The position numbers and the translations under genes are program-made. A DNA stretch of 64,000 nt from Ruminococcus sp. UBA7158 (lineage in GTDB: Bacteria > Bacillota > Clostridia > Oscillospirales > Ruminococcaceae), in contig DKWG01000066.1 in assembly GCA_002491605.1 (NCBI GenBank), positions 196-64,195 of the forward strand, in the 5' to 3' direction. The notes below the pieces were generated by a model. That model saw only the letters and a list, made by a program, of their open reading frames with translations, had not been told where the DNA came from and ran no database searches. This document shows positions 35,075 through 46,296 of this stretch, one piece after another (the stretch's first letter is position 1; the number at the start of each line of letters is the position of its first letter).

Positions 35075-36096
35075 CCTTTGCCGCCGTCAAGCCTGACAAC
35101 ACTAAAGCCTGCCGAGCGAAGTATTCTGTTGTAAACAGCCAAGCCGACTCCTGATTTCTGCGGACATCTTGCATACACTCTCTTTGCGCCCATTTCATCG
35201 AACTGCCTGAGCCGTTCAAACAAAAAGTGAGCCTGTTCCTCAGAGCTTATGCCGTATACCAAGTGCGGCACGCCGTCTATGGCTTCGCTCTCATCAAAGA
35301 GCAGAGAAAAAACTCCGCTTTCATAATGCGAGCTGACATAGCTTTTATATTCATCCAATCCGGAATCAATCAAAATAACCTCTGCCTTGGGCGAATAGTG
35401 CTTATATTTCATACCGGGCGAACGCACTATATCGCTCGGCGACACCTTTTTTTCAATTCCGTCGTCCAAGTACACCTTATCCGTGAGGCTTAAAAGCTCT
35501 TCATAGGAAACCTTGCCCGGGCGAAGTATTCTTATTGCCTCGCCCTCAAAGGATATAACCGTTGATTCCACGCCGACGTCGGACTCTCCGCCGTCGACAA
35601 TGGCGGAAATTCTTTCGTTCATATCTTCATATACTCGCTTAGCCGTTGTCGGGCTGGGACTGCCCGAGAGATTTGCCGAGGGGGCAGCCAGCGGAAATCC
35701 GCATTTGCTTATAATTCTTCTTGCCGTTTCATTTGACGGAAATCTTATTCCGACAGTATCAAGCCCACCGCTGGTAACTAAAGGTATTGTGTCCTTCTTG
35801 GGCAAAATCATAGTCAGCGGTCCGGGCCAAAAGCGCTCTGCGCATTTTTTGGCTGTTTGCGGCATTGATACGGCTATGTCAGATATCATAGAAAGCTCAG
35901 AGATGTGGACAATCAACGGATTGTCGCACGGGCGGTTTTTGGCGGCAAAAATCTTTTTGACCGCCTCGCTGTCAAAAGCGTTGGCAGCAAGACCGTAGAC
36001 AGTCTCTGTCGGTATTGCAACAACCTCACCCGATTTTAATAACGAAGCAGCTATATCAAGCTCGCTCTCAGACGTGCCGAGAAGCAGTGTATCCAT
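35071..36096 (-). CDS. tsaC: L-threonylcarbamoyladenylate synthase (Sua5/YwlC/TsaC type, with Sua5 C-terminal domain)
   Basis: Contains GEVVAIPTETVYGLAANA, KNRP..NPLIVH and SANLSG motifs. I chose the ATG at 36096 (MDTLLL...) because the ORF-track start at 36198 would overlap the prfA 3' end. Confidence 0.85.
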   Translation of the reverse strand: MDTLLLGTSESELDIAASLLKSGEVVAIPTETVYGLAANAFDSEAVKKIFAAKNRPCDNPLIVHISELSMISDIAVSMPQTAKKCAERFWPGPLTMILPKKDTIPLVTSGGLDTVGIRFPSNETARRIISKCGFPLAAPSANLSGSPSPTTAKRVYEDMNERISAIVDGGESDVGVESTVISFEGEAIRILRPGKVSYEELLSLTDKVYLDDGIEKKVSPSDIVRSPGMKYKHYSPKAEVILIDSGLDEYKSYVSSHYESGVFSLLFDESEAIDGVPHLVYGISSEEQAHFLFERLRQFDEMGAKRVYARCPQKSGVGLAVYNRILRSAGFSVVRLDGGKG

Positions 36097-36145
36097 TGTT
36101 ATCACTATGCCTTTCTCACAAAACTTGTTGTCTGAAAACTTTTTA

Positions 36146-37222
36146 TCAGACTGTTCCCTCCTGCTTGGCAAGCTTTGCCGCCTGGTCGGCAGTGGCAAGG
36201 GCGTCTATAACCTCGTCGAGCGAACCGTTTAGTATGCTGTCGAGCTTGTAAAGAGTCAAGCCTATTCTGTGGTCGCTAACTCTGCCCTCGGGGAAATTAT
36301 AGGTTCTTATCCTCTCCGAACGGTCGCCTGTTCCTATCTGCGAACGGCGTTCGCCTGCTATGGCCTTATCCTGCTCCGCCTGTTTAAGCTCCAGAAGCCT
36401 CGAGCACAAAACCTTCATCGCTCTGTCCTTATTCTTCTGCTGACTTCTTTCGTCCTGACACTCTACTACCATACCTGTCGGGAGATGAGTGATTCTGACT
36501 GCGGACTCGGTTTTATTGATATGCTGTCCGCCTGCTCCGGATGCTCTGAAAACATCGATTTTAAGCTCCTTTTCATCGATGTTAAGCTCAACGCTTTCAG
36601 CCTCCGGCAAAACGGCAACTGTAGCCGTTGAAGTTTGTATCCTGCCCTGAGACTCGGTTTCGGGAACTCTTTGAACACGATGAACGCCGCTTTCATACTT
36701 AAATCTTGAATATGCGCCCTCCCCCTCAACCGAGAAGGACACTTCCTTTACTCCGCCGAGCTCGGTTCTGTTGGCGTTCAAAATTTCAATCTTCCAGCGT
36801 TTCGACTCGGAATACATTGTGTACATTCTGAACAGCGAATTTGCAAACAGCGCAGCTTCCTCGCCGCCGGCACCCGCTCTTATCTCTATAATGACGTTTC
36901 TTGAATCATTGGGATCCTTAGGCAAGAGCATTATTTTGAGCTGCTCTGTGCAGTCTGCAATAATCTTTTTTGAATCGAGATATTCCTCCTGAGCCATTTC
37001 CTTGAGGTCGGGGTCGGTCTCGCCTCTCATAAGTTCCTCGGCGTCTGCCATTGACTTCTGAGCAGATAAGTACTTTTTATACATCTCAATCAGCGGTGAC
37101 AGCTGATTGTATTCCTTCATCAGCTCACGGTAGAGCGTATTGTTATTAACGGTATCGGGCTGCATCAAGCGCTCGCTTATTTCATTATATCTATCTAAAA
37201 GCGCAGCCAATTTTTCAAACAT
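36146..37222 (-). CDS. prfA: Peptide chain release factor 1
   Basis: GGQ motif ([11 protein letters not shown]) and the RF1-type tripeptide region [16 protein letters not shown] (PxT). Confidence 0.95.
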   Translation of the reverse strand: MFEKLAALLDRYNEISERLMQPDTVNNNTLYRELMKEYNQLSPLIEMYKKYLSAQKSMADAEELMRGETDPDLKEMAQEEYLDSKKIIADCTEQLKIMLLPKDPNDSRNVIIEIRAGAGGEEAALFANSLFRMYTMYSESKRWKIEILNANRTELGGVKEVSFSVEGEGAYSRFKYESGVHRVQRVPETESQGRIQTSTATVAVLPEAESVELNIDEKELKIDVFRASGAGGQHINKTESAVRITHLPTGMVVECQDERSQQKNKDRAMKVLCSRLLELKQAEQDKAIAGERRSQIGTGDRSERIRTYNFPEGRVSDHRIGLTLYKLDSILNGSLDEVIDALATADQAAKLAKQEGTV

Positions 37223-37279
37223 ATATTATCAAACCTTTCATTTTAAGCTTATTGTTCTGCCGAAATACGTCGGATAACG

Positions 37280-37477
37280 CTACTCCGGAGGAACCCTCTC
37301 GGCTGTGTCTATGCTTTTGACGTTTTTTTCAGCCTTTGAGCGTGCAATCATAAACTCATGACCGCAGCCCTCGCATCTGAGCTTAAAATCCATTCCTGAG
37401 CGCAAAACACGCATTTTATTAGAACCGCACGGGTGGTTCTTCTTCATTGTAAGCACATCGCCTTTGCAAATGTCCAT
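37280..37477 (-). CDS. DUF951-family small protein
   Basis: GDVLTMKKNHPCGSNKMRVLRSGMDFKLRCEGCGHEFMIARSK matches the DUF951 4-Cys pattern. Confidence 0.75.
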   Translation of the reverse strand: MDICKGDVLTMKKNHPCGSNKMRVLRSGMDFKLRCEGCGHEFMIARSKAEKNVKSIDTAERVPPE

Positions 37478-37821
37478 TTATTTCTGCGCTCCCTTCTTTT
37501 TATTAACACACCGAACGGTGCAATGAGTCTCGATGATTATGAAAGCTTCTTTCAATTATTAAAAGCCGCTTATGTATGCAAATAGAAATTCGATATCATT
37601 TTGCCGAGTTTTCGGTTACACTTTTCATCCTTGAAAAAACAGCGCATTTATTATAGCACACCGAATCACATTTATCAACAGCATAAATAAGCTTTTGGTC
37701 TATTCAAAAGCAATTTAATAAATTCGCAATACTAATAAGAAAAAATAATCAATCATACAACCCAAACTTTTTACATATTATTAATCAGCGACATATCGAA
37801 TACCGAAAGGAAGGGTTATAA

Positions 37822-38736
37822 ATGATAAAATATCTGCCTGAAGGCTCACTTATAAATACGCAGGAAAACGATAGGTATTTATCAGACGCAAACGGAATGC
37901 GCACTGCTTTTGAGAACGGAATAATACTTGAAGCAAAGGTTGATATGTGCACATCGACGCATGATCTGATAATTAATCTGCCGACAATTAAAGGAATTAT
38001 GCCGAGGGATGAGTGCGCCGTCGGAATAAAGGAGGGCACAACTAAGGATATTGCGATTATTTCAAGGGTCGGCAAGGCTGTATGCTTTGTTATATCGAGA
38101 TATGAAAACATCGACGGCGTTGAAACAGCCATTCTGTCAAGGCGAGCGGCGCAGACTAAATGTATTGACGAATATTTGACAAAGCTGAGCTGCGGCGAGG
38201 TTATAGACGCCACCGTCACTCATATAGAGCAGTTTGGTTGCTTTGTAGACATCGGATGCGGCATTCCCTCTATGATACCTATCGACGAAATATCTGTCTC
38301 GAGAATTTCCTCGCCATCAGACAGGTTCGCTGTGGGTCAGCCGATAAAAGCGGCTTTTAAGGGCTACGACGGCGAAAAGTTTTACATAACTCACAAGGAG
38401 CTTTTAGGAACATGGATGGAAAACGCAGAACGCTTTTCTCAGGGCGAGACCGTACGAGGTATTATAAGGAGCGTTGAGAGCTACGGCGTTTTTGTCGAGC
38501 TGACTCCGAATCTTGCAGGACTCGCAGAACCCAAAGAAGGCGTTCGTCCGTCCCAGACGGCAAGCGTTTATATTAAATCCATAAATCCCGAGAAAATGAA
38601 AATCAAGCTGATAATTGTCGATTGCTACGACGCACCTATACGGCTTGAAAACAGCTATTACATAACCGAGGGCAAAATCGACAGATGGAGATACTCGCCG
38701 GACAACTGCACGAAAATAATCGAAACTGTATTCTGA
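37822..38736 (+). CDS. S1 RNA-binding domain protein (multiple S1 repeats)
   Basis: Repeated S1 signatures: GEVIDATVTHIEQFGCFVDIG.GIPSMIPIDEIS and GETVRGIIRSVESYGVFVELTPNLAGL. Confidence 0.8.
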   Translation: MIKYLPEGSLINTQENDRYLSDANGMRTAFENGIILEAKVDMCTSTHDLIINLPTIKGIMPRDECAVGIKEGTTKDIAIISRVGKAVCFVISRYENIDGVETAILSRRAAQTKCIDEYLTKLSCGEVIDATVTHIEQFGCFVDIGCGIPSMIPIDEISVSRISSPSDRFAVGQPIKAAFKGYDGEKFYITHKELLGTWMENAERFSQGETVRGIIRSVESYGVFVELTPNLAGLAEPKEGVRPSQTASVYIKSINPEKMKIKLIIVDCYDAPIRLENSYYITEGKIDRWRYSPDNCTKIIETVF

Positions 38737-38777
38737 CAAGTCATGCGGAATAGTTTAAAATATCACGCAGGCGCATA

Positions 38778-40046
38778 TCACTTTTCGCCCTTGATAAGCC
38801 GCCAATACTCCTTTGCCGCCTGTTCGGCTTTGTTTTCACCGTATTTATAGTATTTTTTGTTCTTAAGGTTTTGCGGCAAATAATCCTGCTCTACCCAAGA
38901 ATTCGGGAAAGCATGGGGATATTTATACCCTATCGCCTTGCCCATTTTATTCGCTCCGCCGTAGTGTCCGTCCTGTAAGTGCGCCGGAATATCTCCGCAG
39001 TCGCCCTTTTTGATATCTTCAAGTGCTGCATCTATTGCACATATACCGCTGTTGGACTTAGGCGCAGTGGCAAGCAGTATAACGGCGTCCGCAAGGGGGA
39101 TTCTGGCTTCTGGAAGACCTAACTGCATTGCGCTGTCGACACAGGCTTTAACTATTGTTATCGCCTGAGGGTAAGCAAGACCTATATCCTCAGACGCTAT
39201 GACAAGCAATCGCCTTGAAAGCGATATTATGTCCCCTGCCTCCATTAGCCTTGCGGCGTAGTGCAGAGCGGCGTTTTCGTCTGAGCCTCTTATAGACTTT
39301 TGAAGTGCGGAAAGAATGTTATAATGCTCGTCTCCCGAGCGGTCATAGCGCATATTGCTTCGCTGAGTCAACAGCTTAACGTTATCAAGGCTGACGACAA
39401 GCGTTCCGTCCGAGCTTTCAGCCGACAAAATGCAAAGCTCAACCGTATTAATCGACTTTCTGACATCTCCTCCGCAGCCGTGTGCTATATGGTCAATAAC
39501 TCCGCTTTCAAGCCTTAGCTTATAGCCCAAGTCATCGGCGCAGATCTGAAAAGCACGCTTTATGGCAGGGTAAATCTCATCGGGAGAAACGGGAAGAAAC
39601 TCGAAAACCGTTGAGCGGCTGATTATTGCGTTGTAAACATAGAAATACGGGTTTTCGGTTGTTGAAGAAATGAGCGTTATTTTGCCGTTTTCAATATACT
39701 CTAAAAGTGATTGCTGCTGCTTTTTGTTCAGATACTGTATCTCGTCAAGATACAGTAAAATGCCGTTGTAGCCCAAAAGCGTATCGGTTTCGGCTATGAT
39801 ATCCTTTATGTCCTGAACAGATGCCGAGGTGCCGTTGAGCTTATACATTCGCATATTCGTGTTTTCGGCTATTATTCTTGCTACTGTTGTCTTTCCTATT
39901 CCCGACGAGCCGTAGAAAATCATATTGGGAATCTTACCGCTCTCAATAATTCTGCGCAGCGGCTTGTTCTTGCCCAAAAGGTGAGACTGCCCTACAACGT
40001 CATCCAAGGTCTTTGGTCTTATCTTGTCAGCCAACGGTGTCGCCAA
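38778..40046 (-). CDS. rarA: Replication-associated recombination protein A (MgsA/RarA AAA+ ATPase)
   Basis: LADKIRPKTLDDVVGQSHLLG, Walker A GSSGIGKTT, DEIQYLNKKQQ, and a conserved C-terminal MgsA domain. Confidence 0.9.
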   Translation of the reverse strand: MATPLADKIRPKTLDDVVGQSHLLGKNKPLRRIIESGKIPNMIFYGSSGIGKTTVARIIAENTNMRMYKLNGTSASVQDIKDIIAETDTLLGYNGILLYLDEIQYLNKKQQQSLLEYIENGKITLISSTTENPYFYVYNAIISRSTVFEFLPVSPDEIYPAIKRAFQICADDLGYKLRLESGVIDHIAHGCGGDVRKSINTVELCILSAESSDGTLVVSLDNVKLLTQRSNMRYDRSGDEHYNILSALQKSIRGSDENAALHYAARLMEAGDIISLSRRLLVIASEDIGLAYPQAITIVKACVDSAMQLGLPEARIPLADAVILLATAPKSNSGICAIDAALEDIKKGDCGDIPAHLQDGHYGGANKMGKAIGYKYPHAFPNSWVEQDYLPQNLKNKKYYKYGENKAEQAAKEYWRLIKGEK

Positions 40047-40272
40047 TTCATCACTTCCTCAGAGTTAATACTATATATTATATAAAAAATTCACCGACTG
40101 TTATACATTATAATTATACAACGTCTACCGGAATAAATCAAGCTCCGCAGATCAAGCCGTATTGGCTTTTTCTGCGGAGCTTTTTAATCTTTACTCTCAA
40201 CTATTATAATTATCTATGAGTGTCGTTTTGTGACAGGAGAAGCGGCCCGAAAATGATGATTCGAGTCTTCGT

Positions 40273-41850
40273 TCAGTTGATTACTCCCCACATACAAAGC
40301 GGAGTTTTTTCCTTCGGCAAATATAGCCTGCCGCTGTCTATAAGTTCTTCAAATACATATGCCGCTGTATTCAAGCGATACGATATTTTTGCTATGGGCA
40401 AGCACTTGTCCTTCAGGGTGCCGGGTGCACCATCTTCAAGTATTTCAGCCGCCTTGTCCGAAAAGCTTATCATACATTTTGCAGATTCCTCAATCATCGG
40501 TTCAAGTATATCAAGAAGCCTTGTAAACACCTCGTTTGTGAACACCGGGAAATTTGCTCTCAGCTTGCCGCTGTCGCTGAGAATAAATCCTTGCTCGATG
40601 AGCCAAGGCAGAGTTTCGTTTTTCCTGTCTGCCTGCCTTTCAAGCACAGCATCGCAAACAGCTTCCGCCCTTTCTTTAAATCTTGAATGGTCATAAAGTT
40701 GACACGATATGATAGCCCTATAGTTTTCCGCCGAAAACCATGCAGTACCGGATTTGTTGGGCGTATGTATGGTAACCCCGGCAAAATGATTGTAGGCTTC
40801 ATTATCTGCGTCACCGACTCCCCAGACCCAGCCGTTTCCGCCGAGAGCAAGAGGCTTAGGAGTTCCGTATGCAGATGAGTATTCAGCTCTGTGAAATCCG
40901 TTTACAAGTGCTGTATTAAGTATTGCGAACAAAAGCCTGTTGTCGTCATAGTCATTGCCCTTGAAGTCAAGCTCTCTGATTTTGGGTAAAAGCTCCTTGG
41001 CTGTGTCGAATATTCTCTGAGCCGACTGCTTACATACCCTTGGCATTTCCTCTTCAATTTTTTCGGCACACTTATCGGTTATTATGACAACATTTGTCTG
41101 ATATTTCTTGCCGACGCGCCTTAAGACGCCTGCGGCTTCGAGTATTTTGATTTCATCCTCAAGATAAGGCATTGCAACGCCCAGCTCGACGGACAGCTCC
41201 TCTGCTCTGAGCGGCTCATCATATGCGGCAAGCAATATATTACCCGGAAGCTTGCGGTCGAACAGATGATAATATCTGTTATAATCACCCCAAAAGTCAA
41301 GCCTGAATGCGTCGGGCTTGTAGCTTCTTTTTCCCAACTCTCTTGTCATACCTATTCCTTCTTTCAATTGTTTTCGAATTCTGAACAGATGGTACTTAAC
41401 CATATCAACGCTTATCCCTTGTTCCTCGGAGATTTCAGAGCAGCTTTTATTGTCAACATAATAAGCTAAGCATATGTCCCTATGAGTCTTTGCCAAAAGC
41501 GAAAGCTCTCTGCGCAAAATGTATATACCGTCCTGTGCATCCTCACGGTCTATATACTCATATTCGGGTGAGGCTGTTATTTCAGATGGGACAATTTTAA
41601 CAGCAAGCTCTGTTTTTCTCTTTAGTTCCTCACGTCGGATAAACTTTCTGAATGTGTTTTCGGCTATCTTCCATGAAAATCCCCAAAAGGCTTTTTCGTC
41701 TCTTAAATTCTCAATTGAATCAAGAATCTCAACGATAATTTCATGAGCAAGGTCTGTTGCCTTGTCCTTATCATAGAGCTTATCATAAGCGTAGCCGTAA
41801 AACACCGCAAGATTATCCTGAATTAATTTATTAACGTTGACGTCGACCAT
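40273..41850 (-). CDS. ECF-like sigma-70 family sigma factor fused to a ~350-aa C-terminal extension (winged-helix-like segment plus unknown domain)
   Basis: Residues 1-170 carry sigma region 2 (DLAHEIIVEIL) and region 4 (ICLAYYVDNKSCSEISEEQGISVDMVKYHLFRIRKQL). The extension includes LRAEELSVELGVAMPYLEDEIKILEAAGVLRRVG. I see no TM helix and no adjacent anti-sigma gene. Confidence 0.65.
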   Translation of the reverse strand: MVDVNVNKLIQDNLAVFYGYAYDKLYDKDKATDLAHEIIVEILDSIENLRDEKAFWGFSWKIAENTFRKFIRREELKRKTELAVKIVPSEITASPEYEYIDREDAQDGIYILRRELSLLAKTHRDICLAYYVDNKSCSEISEEQGISVDMVKYHLFRIRKQLKEGIGMTRELGKRSYKPDAFRLDFWGDYNRYYHLFDRKLPGNILLAAYDEPLRAEELSVELGVAMPYLEDEIKILEAAGVLRRVGKKYQTNVVIITDKCAEKIEEEMPRVCKQSAQRIFDTAKELLPKIRELDFKGNDYDDNRLLFAILNTALVNGFHRAEYSSAYGTPKPLALGGNGWVWGVGDADNEAYNHFAGVTIHTPNKSGTAWFSAENYRAIISCQLYDHSRFKERAEAVCDAVLERQADRKNETLPWLIEQGFILSDSGKLRANFPVFTNEVFTRLLDILEPMIEESAKCMISFSDKAAEILEDGAPGTLKDKCLPIAKISYRLNTAAYVFEELIDSGRLYLPKEKTPLCMWGVIN

Positions 41851-42123
41851 ACTGCCGCCTTTCTCGTTGCGCTAATTGATTCTAATTTGTATATGCCCCG
41901 AACAAGAATCAACGCTTGGGTGTGTTGAAAGCTTTCACATATATAGTATCGAAAAAAGAAATCGGTTAGTGTTTTTTAAAAATGATTTTTTAATCGGACG
42001 GTCTGCCAATGACGCATTTATCCTAAAAATCTATGTCGAGCAAAAAACAGCGGCGCTGCGCACACCGATTAATCATGTGAGAACACATCAAAATCAGTAT
42101 GCAGCTGCGCCGCCGCACTTTAT

Positions 42124-43386
42124 TTACATAGCTTTCTTTTTATCTGCCGGTTTTCTTACAAGCTCCGGCGCAGCATCCTGCGTCAAGCATTCAGGAGTTA
42201 CTACAACCTTGACGATACTGCCGTCAGACGGAGCTTCATACATCGGCTTCATTAAAATGCCCTCAACAATGGAGCGAAGTCCTCTTGCGCCCGTTTTCTG
42301 AGCAATCGCCTTTTTGGCTATCTCAGATTTCGCCTCAGCTGTTATCTCAAGCTCAATGCCGTCGTAGTCAAAGAGCTTTTTATACTGCTTTTCAAGCGAA
42401 TTTTTAGGCTCGGTCAGTATAGAAATCAGAGCCTTTTCGTCCAGCGGAGACAAAACGGTTATAACCGGAAGCCTGCCTATAAGCTCGGGGATAATTCCGA
42501 ACTTAACAATATCCTGAGGTATAACCTTCTTCAAGACCTCTTCGCCCTCGTCCGACTTTTTATTCAACGCTCCGCCGAAGCCGAGCTTTGACGTATCCGT
42601 TCTGCGGCGGATAACATCCTCCAAGCCGTCGAAAGCTCCTCCGCATATAAAGAGGATGTTTTTAGTGTCAATCTGGATAAATTCCTGATTAGGATGCTTT
42701 CTTCCGCCCTGCGGAGGAACGTTTGAAACCGTTCCCTCGACTATCTTCAAAAGAGCCTGCTGAACGCCCTCGCCGCTGACGTCTCTTGTTATCGAAACGT
42801 TTTCCGACTTTCTTGCAATCTTATCTATCTCATCGATATATATAATGCCGTGCTCGGCGGCTTCAACGTCGTAATCAGCTGCCTGAATAAGTCTAAGCAG
42901 GACGTTTTCAACGTCGTCTCCAACGTAGCCGGCCTCTGTCAGAGTTGTGGCGTCTGCAATTGCAAACGGCACGTTTAGGGTTTTTGCCAGTGTCTGAGCC
43001 AAAAGCGTTTTTCCTACGCCTGTAGGTCCTAAGAGCAGGACGTTTGACTTTTGAATCTCGACGTCGTCGGATTTTTGGTTTGAAACAATGCGCTTGTAGT
43101 GGTTATAAACAGCCACGGAAAGCGCAAGCTTTGCCTCATCCTGACCGATAACGTATTCGTCCAGAGCTTTTTTTATATCAATCGGCTTAGTCAATGTTAT
43201 TTCAGAGCCATCGACCTTACCTCTGTTTTTGTCGCTAATTAAATCCTTTTCGTCCAGAATGTCGTAACAAAACAGCACGCATTCATCGCAAATATGAACA
43301 TCACCGGCAGAAAAAAGACTCTTTGTGCGGTTTTCGGGCTTTCCGCAGAAATTACATCTTTTTATGCCGCTATCATTTCCTGCCAC
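42124..43386 (-). CDS. clpX: ATP-dependent Clp protease ATP-binding subunit ClpX
   Basis: N-terminal zinc finger CNFCGK...CDEC, Walker [17 protein letters not shown], and the ClpX-specific GF region. Confidence 0.95.
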   Translation of the reverse strand: MAGNDSGIKRCNFCGKPENRTKSLFSAGDVHICDECVLFCYDILDEKDLISDKNRGKVDGSEITLTKPIDIKKALDEYVIGQDEAKLALSVAVYNHYKRIVSNQKSDDVEIQKSNVLLLGPTGVGKTLLAQTLAKTLNVPFAIADATTLTEAGYVGDDVENVLLRLIQAADYDVEAAEHGIIYIDEIDKIARKSENVSITRDVSGEGVQQALLKIVEGTVSNVPPQGGRKHPNQEFIQIDTKNILFICGGAFDGLEDVIRRRTDTSKLGFGGALNKKSDEGEEVLKKVIPQDIVKFGIIPELIGRLPVITVLSPLDEKALISILTEPKNSLEKQYKKLFDYDGIELEITAEAKSEIAKKAIAQKTGARGLRSIVEGILMKPMYEAPSDGSIVKVVVTPECLTQDAAPELVRKPADKKKAM

Positions 43387-43594
43387 CTCGGCGTTCCTCC
43401 TCGCTGTTAAAACCTGCCAAGCCCATTAATATATACAGGCTTGGCAGGAGTGATACTACTAATTTTCTAATCCGCTTAAGACATTATAAATAAGCAGAGT
43501 CGACATCAAAACCACGGGTCTTGATAAAATAGCATTAACGGCTTTCTATCATCATTCCGAAAAAATCAATCGGACGATGAGAGAACAGTATAAA

Positions 43595-44182
43595 TTACTG
43601 TCTTACCATTACCTTATCGATAATACCGTATTCAACCGCTTCTTGGGCTGTCATATAATGATCTCTTTCGGTATCTCTTTCGATTTCCTCAATGGTTCTT
43701 CCTGTATTCTCAGCCAAAATTCTGTTCATCTTTTCACGGGTTCTTACCATGTGGTCGGAGTGAATCTTAATATCTGTGCACTGACCGGAAAGTCCGCCGC
43801 CGATAAGCGGCTGATGAATCAAAACCTCGCTGTTCGGCAAAGCATATCTTTTACCCTTTGTTCCGCCCGAGAGCAGCACAGACGCCATTGATGCCGCCAT
43901 ACCGACGCAAATTGTCGAAACGTCGCATTTGACATACTGCATTGTGTCGTATATAGCCATGCCCGCAGTTATCGAGCCACCGGGACTGTTGATATAAAGA
44001 TAAATATCCTTTTCAGAGTCCTGACCCTCTAAAAACAGCAGCTGTGCAACAACGATGCTGGCAGTAGCGTCGTTAACTTCGTCTGACAAAACTATGATTC
44101 TGTCGTTTAAAAGACGTGAGAATATATCGTAGAATCTCTCGCCGTGTCCTGTTTGCTCTATAACGTTTGGTACAAGCGCCAT
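43595..44182 (-). CDS. clpP: ATP-dependent Clp protease proteolytic subunit ClpP
   Basis: [27 protein letters not shown], with catalytic Ser in GMAASMAS and His in IHQP. Confidence 0.95.
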   Translation of the reverse strand: MALVPNVIEQTGHGERFYDIFSRLLNDRIIVLSDEVNDATASIVVAQLLFLEGQDSEKDIYLYINSPGGSITAGMAIYDTMQYVKCDVSTICVGMAASMASVLLSGGTKGKRYALPNSEVLIHQPLIGGGLSGQCTDIKIHSDHMVRTREKMNRILAENTGRTIEEIERDTERDHYMTAQEAVEYGIIDKVMVRQ

Positions 44183-44224
44183 GATGTTCCTCCTTGAAAA
44201 TATGCTTCCAATAAGCTATTGGAT

Positions 44225-45502
44225 TTACTCGATAACAGCAGACTCCTTAACAAGATCAACTGCCTTTGAAACCTCGCAGTCAACCTTGATATCCTCTGCT
44301 CTGATGTACTGCTTAACAGTGTCAACAGGCATATTGTAATGCTCTGCGATGTTCTTAAACTCTGCTTCGACGTCCTCGTCAGTTGCCTTGATTTCCTCAA
44401 GCTCGGCAATCTTTTCAAGTGCGAGTCTGAGCTTAACCTGCTTTTCAGCCTGCTCTCTGTAGGTTGTCTTGAGTGAGTCCATGGTCATATTGGTGAACTG
44501 CAGGTACATATCAAGCTGAATGCCCTGCTGAGCAAGACGGTTTGAAAGGTCCTCAATCATGTCGTTAACCTTGTTTTCATACATAACCTCGGGGATCTCA
44601 CCCTCAAGGCGCTCAATAACGCCGTCTAAGATTGCAGTCTCAACGTCGGCGTCAGCACGCTTTTCAGCAGCTTCTTCAAGATTCTTTCTGACGTCTGCTC
44701 TGAGCTCTTCAACAGTGTTGAAATCAGATGTATCCTTGACAAAGTCGTCGTCAAGCTCGGGAAGCTCGGTCTTCTTGATTTCATGAAGCTTAATCTTGAA
44801 TACAACAGGTGCGCCTGCAAGCTCCTCAGCCTGATAGTTTTCGGGGAATGTAACGTTGATATCAAATTCTTCGCCGATGCTGTGACCTACTATCTGATCC
44901 TCAAAGCCCGGGATGAACTGACCGCTGCCCAGCTCGAGGTTGAAGCCCTCGGCCTTGCCGCCGTCGAATGCAACGCCGTCCTTAAAGCCTTCAAAGTCGA
45001 TGATAACATTGTCGCCGTTTTCAGCTGCTCTGTCGTCAACATTGATGGTTCTTGCGCCCTTTTCGAGCATATGACCTATCTCATGCTCAATTTCTTCTTC
45101 GGTAACAGCATTGACAGTCTTTGTAACCTTTATACCTTTATAATCCTTAACATCAACTACAGGCTTTGTTGTGCAGGTAACCTTAAACTTAACGCCTGCT
45201 TCCTTGGAAACTTCGGTAACCTCAGCGTCGGGAGCGCAGACTAAGATAAGCTCAGCTTCCTTAACAGCCTCTTCAACAGCCGGACCGTAAACGTCGTTTA
45301 CAGCATCTTCAAAGAATACGCCCTCGCCGTATTCCTTTTCTATAAGCTTTCTCGGAGCCTTTCCGGGACGGAAGCCGGGTATAGTGATGCTTGACTTCTG
45401 CTTGAGATATACCTTTTGAACGGCGTCCTCAAAAGCCTCAGCCGACACCTCTATCTCCAATTCATACTTATTTGTTTCAACTTGATTCTTTGATTTTAAC
45501 AT
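44225..45502 (-). CDS. tig: Trigger factor
   Basis: Ribosome-binding motif GFRPGKAP and a central FKBP-type PPIase segment, in the context tig-clpP-clpX. Confidence 0.95.
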   Translation of the reverse strand: MLKSKNQVETNKYELEIEVSAEAFEDAVQKVYLKQKSSITIPGFRPGKAPRKLIEKEYGEGVFFEDAVNDVYGPAVEEAVKEAELILVCAPDAEVTEVSKEAGVKFKVTCTTKPVVDVKDYKGIKVTKTVNAVTEEEIEHEIGHMLEKGARTINVDDRAAENGDNVIIDFEGFKDGVAFDGGKAEGFNLELGSGQFIPGFEDQIVGHSIGEEFDINVTFPENYQAEELAGAPVVFKIKLHEIKKTELPELDDDFVKDTSDFNTVEELRADVRKNLEEAAEKRADADVETAILDGVIERLEGEIPEVMYENKVNDMIEDLSNRLAQQGIQLDMYLQFTNMTMDSLKTTYREQAEKQVKLRLALEKIAELEEIKATDEDVEAEFKNIAEHYNMPVDTVKQYIRAEDIKVDCEVSKAVDLVKESAVIE

Positions 45503-45585
45503 GATACGTCCTCCTGATTTATATTAACGTAAAATAACATATGAATTCAGTATAACACACATGAAATTCATTTTCTATAGAAAAA

Positions 45586-46296
45586 CTATAATTTGGCATT
45601 ATGCACAATTTCCAAAACGTTCAACGGCTCAAAATGTAGATAATCACTTGATACAAGTCTAAAATCAATGCCGTACTTGATCCCGTTGACAGCTAAAGCG
45701 CAGGAATAACCGTGCAAATGACCGTAAAAGCAGTGCTTAACTGAGTATTTTAACATAACGTTAAGTATTTCGTCGTTTGTCGCACCTGCATATACAGGCG
45801 GATAATGCAGAAAAACTATCGGCTCAAGCCCCTTTGACAAAGCGTCCTGAATTGAACGCTCAAGCCGCATGGCTTCTCTTGCAATGACCTTGGCGTCTGC
45901 CGGCTCGCTGCCGTCATTTATCCAGCCTCTTGTTCCGCATATGCCGAAGCTTCCATACGCTGCGCAGTTGTTATTTATAAAGCTGACAGAATCGATTCCG
46001 TTTGAATGCAGAAATCTTTCAGCCTTTGTAACCGTCGACCACCAATAATCGTGGTTGCCCTTCAGAATTATCTTTTTACCGTTTAGATTGTGGATAAATC
46101 TGAAATCCCCAAGTGCCGCTTCAAGACCCATAGCCCAGGATATGTCTCCGGGAATTACAACTGTGTCAGAAGGCAAAATTTTATTTTGCCAATTGTTTTC
46201 AAGGCGAGACACATAATCCTTCCAGCCGCCGAAAATATCCATCGGTTTGTTTGCCGAAAAAGATAAATGTAAGTCGCCTATAGCATATAAAGACAT
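45586..46296 (-). CDS. Metallophosphoesterase family protein
   Basis: Motifs GDLHL, GDISW, GNHDYWW and GHLH. Confidence 0.8.
   Translation of the reverse strand: MSLYAIGDLHLSFSANKPMDIFGGWKDYVSRLENNWQNKILPSDTVVIPGDISWAMGLEAALGDFRFIHNLNGKKIILKGNHDYWWSTVTKAERFLHSNGIDSVSFINNNCAAYGSFGICGTRGWINDGSEPADAKVIAREAMRLERSIQDALSKGLEPIVFLHYPPVYAGATNDEILNVMLKYSVKHCFYGHLHGYSCALAVNGIKYGIDFRLVSSDYLHFEPLNVLEIVHNAKL

Noticed and set aside
35513-35998. 161-aa plus-strand ORF inside tsaC, with similar shadows at 31296-31805, 40220-40696, 44783-45244, 15971-16405 and 17083-17490
   Set aside because: All lie antisense within, or across the boundaries of, strongly supported conserved genes. They show Ser/Pro/Leu-rich shadow composition and no translation signals.
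36097-36198. Apparent 53-nt overlap between tsaC and the 3' end of prfA
   Set aside because: It is an artefact of taking the longest ORF. The conserved TsaC sequence starts at the ATG at 36096 (MDTLLL...), which leaves a normal intergenic gap.
36146-37222. Programmed frameshift or recoding in the release factor gene
   Set aside because: The protein is RF1 (PxT-type motif, uninterrupted ORF). The +1 frameshift is a feature of prfB (RF2) only.
37785-38219. 144-aa minus-strand ORF opposite the start of the S1-domain gene
   Set aside because: It lies entirely antisense to a well-supported CDS with clear S1 motifs. Its composition is low-complexity and Ser/Ile-rich, and it has no RBS. It is a shadow ORF.
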